This document shows positions 56,801-64,000 of a stretch of DNA of 64,000 bases, one piece after another; position 1 is the stretch's first letter; each line of letters opens with the position of its first letter. Both the position numbers and the translations under genes were made by a program. The notes under the pieces are model-generated. The model did not search any database, had not been told where the DNA came from, and worked only from the letters and a program-made list of their open reading frames with translations. The DNA is from Pachysolen tannophilus NRRL Y-2460 (lineage: Eukaryota). The stretch lies in the NCBI GenBank assembly GCA_001661245.1, contig KV454014.1, positions 124,001 through 188,000 on the forward strand, given 5' to 3'.

Positions 56801-57551
56801 TAAATCTAAATTGATCAGATTGTTTTGTATGTACATTAACATTTATATTTTCTTTCCAAATCAAATCACTTAAATCTACTAACATAAAATTTATATTTTT
56901 AGATAAATTTGATATTGCCACAGATATATCTAAACAAACATGAATATATTGTTTTCTAATCTCTGATAATTGGAAAGCATCTTCTCTTAATGCTGAAGGC
57001 TCTTTTGTCTTTGGTTGAGAATTATAACGTGATAAGAATAAATCATATTTATTTTGAATTGTTTCATAAATCTTGCGAAGATCTTTATAAGGTTTTATAT
57101 CTTTTTTCAAAACATTCATTAATAAAGCTTCAATATCATTTGTTACACCAAATAATTTAAAAATCTCTTCTAAAGACTCTTTCAAACCAATTGAAGTATA
57201 TACCAACATTGGCATTGTATAATCTTGATCCACTAATCCATCATTTAAAAAATTTGCTCTTAATTGATCCAATACTACATTAAGAAATTCTTTAAATTCT
57301 TGAAATCTTTGAGGATATTTTGAAGCCAATTTTAATAACCCATCTAACCATTGTTCAAATTTCTCAATTTGATTATTTAAATGGTTCATTGAAGCCCTAA
57401 AAGTTGGAGAATCTAATGCTGCTTCTTTAAAACTAACCGATATTAACTTTAAAGATTTTGTTGTAGTTTTCTTTGAATGTGCAACTGCAGTTGCCACTTG
57501 ATTTGAAGTTGAAGAAGCATCATGGTCGCTAGTCCTAATGGATGGGGACAT
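53835..57551 (-). CDS. SIP3: Sip3/Lam1 family (BAR, PH, StARkin/VASt, TM) membrane contact-site protein
   Basis: FKEAALDSPTFRAS, EPSALREDAFQL, PH EKHGWLFMKT...WVRRW...RRFCFE, ANIWGSVNWG and a C-terminal TM region. Confidence 0.9.
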   Translation of the reverse strand: MSPSIRTSDHDASSTSNQVATAVAHSKKTTTKSLKLISVSFKEAALDSPTFRASMNHLNNQIEKFEQWLDGLLKLASKYPQRFQEFKEFLNVVLDQLRANFLNDGLVDQDYTMPMLVYTSIGLKESLEEIFKLFGVTNDIEALLMNVLKKDIKPYKDLRKIYETIQNKYDLFLSRYNSQPKTKEPSALREDAFQLSEIRKQYIHVCLDISVAISNLSKNINFMLVDLSDLIWKENINVNVHTKQSDQFRFKTKRIKMFYKSFDFSVKTLSKDMDASRKQTEESTIKQFEPSRQLSDHDSTLINSSTLLDNFSEVTYEKHGWLFMKTSTGKPVRQVWVRRWVFIKDGIFGLLVLSPSKTFVQETDKIGVLLCNIRYCPDEERRFCFELKTIESSIIFQLETLYELKSWLKCFKVVKEKILSEQTQLNGNDDSAFGRYPPLLNEFASTANTSIDMELTTINQENSMSSIIQNHLSQYVTKDSEFLTDGLTARILLNTPTVTQLTKEAVVSNSFLSPTTIPSAITANIWGSVNWGMYYLLNEPELIPSKETQQKWLIEPKKSFSERYPSYYPNYLKPFDVQLKSLFESVVVPNEHLLLEFRSIWLPNSKQELSGRCFVTEKNVYFYMNSMNFISLLFKPLSEIVSFESYEDEFCDVLKVYEISGLTIRAKLFLDSGKLIKDQFSALIKNKILEPSKQKNLKELIEEFENIRISHELQEKERNENSFKERHKKIIPSFVKSIDDDSQVQMKTNYKNEMTLIWDKIYEIPSKALFHFLLGDDSFVLQKILPFIDMRNENIPMSLWRLNKNTHHLLRSFKTDTILDDYEFQTTIINQTIEDVINSKYYNIIQETQFFKFPCSTAFKVQTRIVIYSLNVKNCKLLIYTKVDYLGDNKNFNFICKCINFVNNKIMIATSRIKTEKKLDKDINEAIRIIGSHGKVVKAIRLFGQISQVDDETNPGLADKIQRERKNQDLIYVRWSVVAGASLRKSLSTFFYIVKTLFIILLSLFTTFLKGIRLHWVLVMLLGLSTFYNVYISVRTTTSYWTVREVGKMMDQYTLQRTSNIMQRAIYLKDIEDLISNGETMSYNNSESQCFHKFKNNSFILNLNENFVNDDNTNSQKHNQMQLLLPDNSYKTIENLKKTFIELGLKRNELLVNLKIINKAEEELAYGEWKNWILNEVKRCHFVKDEILGNTAALKDDAVREMLANTESLIEYCNSCDQELQHSYLLGTAGGRAPAASV

Positions 57552-57622
57552 AACTTGAGCTAATCAAAGGGCACACAGGCAAAAACAAAAACCAAAAAAA
57601 AAAATTCAATGGAATTGATGAT

Positions 57623-57659
<37 letters not shown>

Positions 57660-58005
57660 TGGGGTTTTGGTTTAATTTTTATTTTTTAGTATTTTTATTT
57701 TTTCTTTACATTTTGGCTGTTCTTCTCGCGGGCTGGGTTTCCGCGGCAGGCCCGGCAAAAACCTAAGGGACATTGGGCAGCCAAAAAAGGCGGACAGAGG
57801 GGAGAGCGGACTGGGCTGGCAGGTTGCCTTTACTGCTCCAGATGTTTAGGTGGATCTCACCAGCCATCGTCCGCTTCTAGTGCTGCTGTTGCTGTTGCCG
57901 CCGCCTAAAAGAAAAAAAACACTTCTACAATTTCAGCATAAAGCGAACTTTTACTGAACAATTTTATACAGAAAATATATATATTTATATACATGGACAT
58001 GGAGT

Positions 58006-59018
58006 CTATACGTTTGAAAGAAGATGACCAATTTGTTGGAAATAATTTGGAGTAACCAATTTTTCAATTTCTTCCTTTGTCAACCATCTAAATTCTTTAA
58101 TATTTTGTGAAGGTTGTAATTGAAATTTACCTGCCAATATATGTGATTTAATCAAGTATTCTCTTGAAATATTAGTTTCATCATCATTATTAGCATCATT
58201 AGAATTTGTATCTATAATCAATTTTTTATCCTTTGAATATTTTAAAACTGCTGTTGGAGTATTAGATACAGTCCAAGTTTTAATTAAATCACCACCAAGT
58301 TTCCTTAAACCTTCTTCAGCAACGATATGTAATGGTTTTAAATCTTTTTCTAATTGAAATGATGGGAATTTCCAAATATTATTTTCATTTGTATTTATAA
58401 CAAGGTATAAAGTACGTGATAATTTTCTTTCTAAACTTTTAAAATCATTTAATTCATCAGATTTTGTAATTCTTGAATTTGGTTGTATTGGTCTTGAAAT
58501 ACTATTTGAATCTTCTTGTCCTGAAGTTGAAGAAGTTTCTTCTCTTGGAATAATAATTTCTTGTTTATATCTTCTTTCTCTATTATGCATTATATCTGGT
58601 ACACCTTTAGGAAACCAAACACCTGGTTGTTTTGAAACAGGTCCTCTTTGAGCATCAAGAAAACGACGTTCTGCTAAAGTACCTTTTCTAAAATAAAAAA
58701 ATTGAGGAAAAGTCCACATAAGACGACGTGAAAGTTCTTCCTGGTATTTGTAATATTTTTTTTCAAAATCATTCATATCCAGTGTTACAATTGGATTTCT
58801 AGATAAAAGTATTCCAGCATTTATTAATGAATTAGAATTTGAAACTTCATTCTTTAATACTAAACATGATGAAAAATTTCTCTTATTTATACCTATAATC
58901 AAAAAAAAGAAAGTAAAGTTAGTTAATGTCTCTTTTAAGTTTTTTCTGTTTTATTCAACAAATTTTTTCACTTTAACTTACTATTACAACTACTACCTAT
59001 TCTCAAATTCTTGAACAT
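58006..59018 (-). CDS. MRPL17: Mitochondrial ribosomal protein mL46; complement(join(58006..58892,58982..59018))
   Basis: EKKYYKYQEELSRRLMWTFPQFFYFRKGT, SLERKLSRTLYL and WLTKEEI. Exon 1 (MFKNLRIGSSCN) supplies the missing ATG. Confidence 0.92.
58893..58981 (-). other. Spliceosomal intron of MRPL17 (89 nt)
   Basis: On the minus strand: GTAAGT at 58981, AACTAAC at 58924-58918, a polypyrimidine tract and TAG ending at 58893. The join A|GT=Ser is in frame. Confidence 0.88.
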
Positions 59019-59867
59019 ATTGGAATCAATACTCTGGATTAAATACAAATAAAAGCACAATCAAAATACTTATAGAAGTATAATCCAACCTCTTGTGAAA
59101 AAAAAAAATGGAAAAATGAAAAAATGAAAAAATGAAAAAAATAATGTCCGATTGATTAATTCTATAATACCATTAAATTTTCACCCATAAATATGATTGA
59201 TTTACTTAACCATAATAATCTCTCGTCAATTCTCTCACCAATTCAGGTTTAATTCGATGAAAAGTTTTTCTGTGTTTCCAATGCACGACCTAAACTTTTA
59301 TTTTGCCAAGTTACCCGGAAATGGACATTTGGACATTTTGGACATTTTGCGGATCTTTTTACTGGACATGAGCCCTGTTGATCGTATAGTACACTAAAAA
59401 ATTTATATTGTCACGGGTTTTTGTTTTTAAAATGAAAAAGAAAAAAAAAACGCTGCCAAAATTTGAAATTTTAACCGCGGTTAAATTCAAATTCAAATTC
59501 AAATTCAAACGGAAAAGGTATAAAAGGAGAAGGTTTCGCTGTTTTTCTCATATAATAAAACAAAAGAAAAAATAATATTAAAAGAAAGTGGCCATTTTAT
59601 AAAAAATAATTATTAAAATTAATTAATTAATTGGTTAATTATAATATTAATTCAATCTATATATATATATATATATATATATTCATATATTAGTCAATCA
59701 ATCGTTGTGAGAAAAAAAGAAAAGAAAAGAGAGGTTACACGTAAATTTTTAATTATATAATATATTTGTTTCCTGTAATTAAAATTAAAAGCTTTCTTTG
59801 TCTGTTGTAATATATATATATATATATATAAAAATTATATATATATAAAACAGCATTAAAAACTAAA

Positions 59868-59899
<32 letters not shown>

Positions 59900-60002
59900 A
59901 CCATCAGATATTTGATTAATCTGAGTAGTTAATAGTAATATTTTAAAAGTCTTTTTTAATAAATATAAAAGAAAGTAGTCGAATCGAGTGATTTAAAAAA
60001 AA

Positions 60003-62003
60003 ATGTCAATTGAAGAATTTGAGGTCATTTTAAAAGAATTACCAAATTTGAAAGCTCCAGGAGTTTCTGGATCACGTATTAAAAAATTAACAGAATTAGC
60101 TATTAGTAATGTTTCAGATGAATCTAAAATTGTACAAAAATTATATATTCAATGTAAGGCAACTCCTTCAACTCATAAATTAGGTATATTATATGTTATA
60201 GATTCAATAGTAAGAGCTTATGTTGAAGAATGTAAAAAATTAAATTTATCAATTAATGAAGATGCTAATGATGGCACTTTTGCTTCTGGTGTTTATAAAA
60301 TCTCAACTATAATTGAAAATTTAATTGATGATTCAATGGTTTCTATATTAGATTCAAAACAACGCGAAAAAATTGGTAAATTAGTAGATATTTGGGAAAG
60401 AGCCGGTACTTTTGATGGTTCAATTATTAAATCAATCAGATCTAAATATTTTAAAACAACAACTCCACCAGGTAGTCCTCCACCTTCAATAGTAGGAACT
60501 GGAACCACTGGAACTACTAGAACCACTGAAACTACTGAAATCAATAGTAATCTGAGTAATAATGTTGCTTCTAATAGTAATAGTGGTACTAATAATAATT
60601 CACCAAAACCAAATTTACTGGATCCTAATGCTATATTACAAGCTTTAGTTTCTTTAAATGGTGGAAATTCTGCTCTAAATAGTGGTGGTTCAGGTACTAC
60701 TTCTGTAATGCCTTCAAGTAGTAATGGTTCTTCTTTAGAACAACAAAAGGCAGCAGCTTCTGCTTTCCTTAATAATAATACTGGTAATAATAATGGTAAT
60801 ATTCAACAGCCAACAAATTTGGCTGATCCAAATGCTATTTTTAACATGTTACAACAAATGAATCCTCATCAACCTTTGAAAACTTCAAAACCAGAACCAA
60901 GACGTGGTCGTCATGAAGATAATAATAATTTTTCAAGAAGATCAAGATCAAGATCTCCAAGTCTTAATAATAATAGTAATAATAATATCAATATCATTAA
61001 TGGAAATCATACCGATGATGATTTTAGACAAAGAGAAACTCCTGAAGTATATGAAAGAAATGTTCCAGGTACTGCTCATTATAGACCAAGACATTTCTCT
61101 TATGATAATTCAATTCCTGCAGGTTCAATAAAAGTAATGAGTAGAACTTTATTTATAGGAGGTGTACCAACTTATATGGATGAAAGAGAATTAGCTTCAG
61201 TTTTAAGACCTTATGCAGAGGTACAAAGTGTTATTTTAAATAATGAAAGAAAACATGCTTTTGTAAAAGTTTATTCTAGAGCAGAAGCAGAATCTGTAAT
61301 ACAATCTTTTAATAAAAATGGTAATTTAGCATTAAGAACAAGGTGGGGTGTTGGTTTTGGTCCAAGAGATTGTTGTGATTATCAACATGGTGTCAGTATT
61401 ATCCCTATTGCAAGATTGACCGATGCTGATAAACGTTGGATCGTAAGTGCAGAATGGGGTGGAACTGGTGGTGAACCTTTGGTTCCAGGTTTATGTATAG
61501 ATGAACCAGATATTGAAATTGGAGCTGGTGTTTCATCAAAAGCCATTTCTAGAAAAATGCCAACAAATAGTGCAAGAAATGGTCCAAGATCAAATAGACC
61601 AGGTGAACCTTTGGAAAATGTTGTTAGGGCCTCATTTATGGAAAATAATAATTTCGGAAATGCTAATGGTGGTAACGGTAATGGATTCATGTCAAATAAT
61701 ATCAATAATCCATTACAAAATTTGTTCCAACCTCAACAAGCTGGTCAACCTTTAAATTTTAATTCCCCACCTCAAGGTTCAATTGCTCCTAATCTTAATC
61801 CAAATAGTGGTATGGGAGGTGGAAGCAGTAACGTTAATTCAATCATGCAAAGTTTAGCTGCAATGGTTAACAACAGCAGTAGTAATGATAACAGCCGTGC
61901 GGCTCCAGTTCAACAACAACAACATCAACAACTGCCTCCTCAAACAAATGGTTTGACTCCGGAATTAGCAAAGTTATTAGAACAAATGAATAAAAGCAAT
62001 TGA
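60003..62003 (+). CDS. NRD1: Nrd1/Seb1 RNA-binding termination factor (CID + RRM)
   Basis: PGVSGSRIKKL, HKLGILYVIDSIVR, RSRSRSP, SRTLFIGGV and LRTRWGVGFGPRDCCDYQHGVSIIPI. Confidence 0.96.
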   Translation: MSIEEFEVILKELPNLKAPGVSGSRIKKLTELAISNVSDESKIVQKLYIQCKATPSTHKLGILYVIDSIVRAYVEECKKLNLSINEDANDGTFASGVYKISTIIENLIDDSMVSILDSKQREKIGKLVDIWERAGTFDGSIIKSIRSKYFKTTTPPGSPPPSIVGTGTTGTTRTTETTEINSNLSNNVASNSNSGTNNNSPKPNLLDPNAILQALVSLNGGNSALNSGGSGTTSVMPSSSNGSSLEQQKAAASAFLNNNTGNNNGNIQQPTNLADPNAIFNMLQQMNPHQPLKTSKPEPRRGRHEDNNNFSRRSRSRSPSLNNNSNNNINIINGNHTDDDFRQRETPEVYERNVPGTAHYRPRHFSYDNSIPAGSIKVMSRTLFIGGVPTYMDERELASVLRPYAEVQSVILNNERKHAFVKVYSRAEAESVIQSFNKNGNLALRTRWGVGFGPRDCCDYQHGVSIIPIARLTDADKRWIVSAEWGGTGGEPLVPGLCIDEPDIEIGAGVSSKAISRKMPTNSARNGPRSNRPGEPLENVVRASFMENNNFGNANGGNGNGFMSNNINNPLQNLFQPQQAGQPLNFNSPPQGSIAPNLNPNSGMGGGSSNVNSIMQSLAAMVNNSSSNDNSRAAPVQQQQHQQLPPQTNGLTPELAKLLEQMNKSN

Positions 62004-62336
62004 ATTTTTCCTTTTTTTTTATTCTTTTTCTGTTTTTATATATATAGTCTTCTTGGTAATAAAAAACATGAATTCTTTTATTCGGTTTTGTAGTATTCTG
62101 TTCTTTTTTAGAGCGGCTGGAAAAGTCAAGACATGAGTCTCTTCAATGAGATGATCAAGACAACGAAAGAGAAAAGAAAGAGTAGAATGTGATAATTCAA
62201 TCTCTATCAAAAATAATATTTTACCTGATGGAGGGTGGTATTAAGATTGGGAAATGGACAATCGATAGATTTCTTTACAATAAAGTTATTACACTAGATA
62301 AAGTACAATATATATCAGAAAAGTTTTCAAATTTTT

Positions 62337-63551
62337 TTATAAACCTTCTTTTGCTAAATTATCTATAATATCTAAATATAATGCCACTGCGTTGAACTTT
62401 GGTTTTTCTCCTAATATTGCTTCAGAATAATATTTCCTTATAGTGTTTGTCCAATTAATCAAATCCAAATGATCAACATTCTCCAATGTTCCTAAATATT
62501 TCCCCCATTTAGAAGATTCTACACCAACCATCCCATCATTATCCCCCTGAGTCTCATAGATGATTTTCCATGAGAAATAAAACACATTATAAAAACTTGG
62601 TACAAACCTTGAGCCATAACTAAAATATTTGACATTGGAATCATCAGGTACTTCTTTATTAAAATGATTATTGACATAATCTGTAGTCAATTCGAATATG
62701 CTTCTTGGTATGATTTTTTGTAATGGGCCTTGTTTCACTTCCTTATCACTTAATTTAAAGTTGTTGATAATATAATCAGCCATTCCTGAACCATGATGAG
62801 GAGATGAAATTGTAGTCAAACTCATAACTTTATAATTTTTTTGTTCTATTTTTGAAATCAAATATCTTGCATCTAATCCTCCCATTGAGTGAGCTATTAA
62901 GTTAACCTTTATTGGTTCATCTTTAGGATTTTTATCTGTACCAGAATCTTTACCTTCCTCATGATAAATCAAATTTGCATCATCTTTTGTATCTTGTCTT
63001 AATTTAATAATCTTTGTCTCTATGAACTTGTTTAATGCATTTGCTCTTTCTTCTATACTACCAAAAGGAGGTACTCTTGCTACTAATACAGTACATCCTT
63101 TCAGATCTAAAGCTTCCTTAATACCATGCCAATAATTAAAATAAAACCCTCCATTTTCCTCCGCTAATTCTTTTCCAACAGATTCTGCTGTTTTACCAAA
63201 TGATTGATTTAAAGATATGTTGAAATTATGTAAAAATCTTCTTATAGGAGGAACAATGAAAAGTCTATCAAACCCTGAAAACCCATGGCATAGCACTATG
63301 GGATACTTTGGTGTTTGATAGTCATCTCTTAGACCTGAAAATTTATCAACAATAATTATGTCCTCTTCGTTACTGACATCTCTGGTACTATTGGCAAAAT
63401 TTCTGCATGATCCATCTCTACTATGCAACGACAACTCATAATGACGAGTAGTAACAACAGTTAAGGGCACCAAGCTCAAGAAATAATGATGGCGAAACTT
63501 GGGGATCATTCCTTTCATTTGTAGGGATATCAATGATATTCTAGGGATCAT
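62337..63551 (-). CDS. TGL2: Mitochondrial triacylglycerol lipase (Tgl2-like)
   Basis: PKYPIVLCHGFSGFD, YWHGIKEAL, VNLIAHSMGGLDARY, LTTISSPHHGS, NDGMV and DHLDLINW. First ATG 63551. Confidence 0.9.
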   Translation of the reverse strand: MIPRISLISLQMKGMIPKFRHHYFLSLVPLTVVTTRHYELSLHSRDGSCRNFANSTRDVSNEEDIIIVDKFSGLRDDYQTPKYPIVLCHGFSGFDRLFIVPPIRRFLHNFNISLNQSFGKTAESVGKELAEENGGFYFNYWHGIKEALDLKGCTVLVARVPPFGSIEERANALNKFIETKIIKLRQDTKDDANLIYHEEGKDSGTDKNPKDEPIKVNLIAHSMGGLDARYLISKIEQKNYKVMSLTTISSPHHGSGMADYIINNFKLSDKEVKQGPLQKIIPRSIFELTTDYVNNHFNKEVPDDSNVKYFSYGSRFVPSFYNVFYFSWKIIYETQGDNDGMVGVESSKWGKYLGTLENVDHLDLINWTNTIRKYYSEAILGEKPKFNAVALYLDIIDNLAKEGL

Positions 63552-63737
63552 TTTGAAAAAATTAAGAAATATCAAAAAAAAATATAAAAAAATAGAATAC
63601 AATTTAATATATTTGCAGTACAAATTATTTTATGAAGCAATTAACTTATATAAGATATAAACTTGACAATATAATTCTAAATGATTTTTAAAACTATACA
63701 AGAGGATCTAGTTTATTTTTTTTTTTTTTTGGTTCTT

Positions 63738-64000
63738 TTATTTCCCACTAATCTGTTTAATCATAAACTCTTTAACAAAATCTAAATTATTTAAAATATC
63801 AACACCAAGAGATCTTGCCTTTACTATAGGCATAAAATCAGTACTGTAAATCTTGTGTAATTTATCAACAACTCCAAGCAAGACGTGGTTTTCAGGCCAT
63901 CTTTCACTGAAATAAGGTTCCAAACTTAATGGGCTACCAATGTCCAAACCTCTTAAGCTAGCTTTTTCTAAAGCTTTAACTAAAGATTTAACATCACCTT
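63738..64000 (-). CDS. COQ6: Ubiquinone biosynthesis monooxygenase Coq6, C-terminal part (5' end outside the window)
   Basis: GDVKSLVKALEKASLRGLDIGSPLSLEPYFSERWPENHVLLGVVDKLHKIY matches the Coq6 C-terminus as recalled. Confidence 0.85.
   Translation of the reverse strand, partial: GDVKSLVKALEKASLRGLDIGSPLSLEPYFSERWPENHVLLGVVDKLHKIYSTDFMPIVKARSLGVDILNNLDFVKEFMIKQISGK

Noticed and set aside
8500..59900. Numerous (TA)n, poly-A/T and CAA/AAT microsatellites
   Set aside because: Ordinary for an AT-rich yeast genome.
6214..63551. CUG=Ser (Candida-type) code
   Set aside because: The diagnostic positions (GTSAC, AYSLYL, LAF, QAE and the NLADPNAI repeat) call for Ala rather than Ser.
6190..63623. 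TTG/GTG starts in the ORF track (6190, 12445, 15820, 36240, 51366, 53435, 58902, 63623)
   Set aside because: Eukaryotic genes; a downstream ATG or an upstream exon explains each.

Overview
This is an AT-rich, gene-dense budding-yeast (Saccharomycotina) nuclear region with about 23 protein-coding genes and one assembly gap. I found no rRNA, tRNA, CRISPR or mobile element. Genes in order: a large unknown protein (partial, missed by the ORF track), an unknown membrane protein, FMO, SREBP/Cph2-like bHLH, FMP23, STP1/2-like, YMD8, YPS7-like, RAD9, BUR2-like cyclin, a Zn2Cys6 TF, GTB1 (1 intron), an F-box/RPEL protein, JmjC, GDS1, CIR2, CDC24, ERV46, SIP3/LAM1, MRPL17 (1 intron), NRD1, TGL2 and COQ6 (partial). 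The main signal is a non-standard genetic code. In-frame CTG codons repeatedly fall where alanine is expected (GTS[CTG]C, [CTG]YSLYL, GIL[CTG]F, FQ[CTG]ET, and an internal NRD1 repeat NL[CTG]DPNAI vs NLADPNAI). This points to the CUG=Ala code (table 26, Pachysolen/Nakazawaea clade), so the supplied translations are probably wrong at every CTG. Other points: phased GGCGG arrays in several intergenic regions, an AGUU-capped Rnt1-like hairpin, a TGATGAC inverted repeat plus an overlapping uORF upstream of GTB1, and ancient microsynteny. All gene calls rest on motifs recalled from memory, not on database searches.
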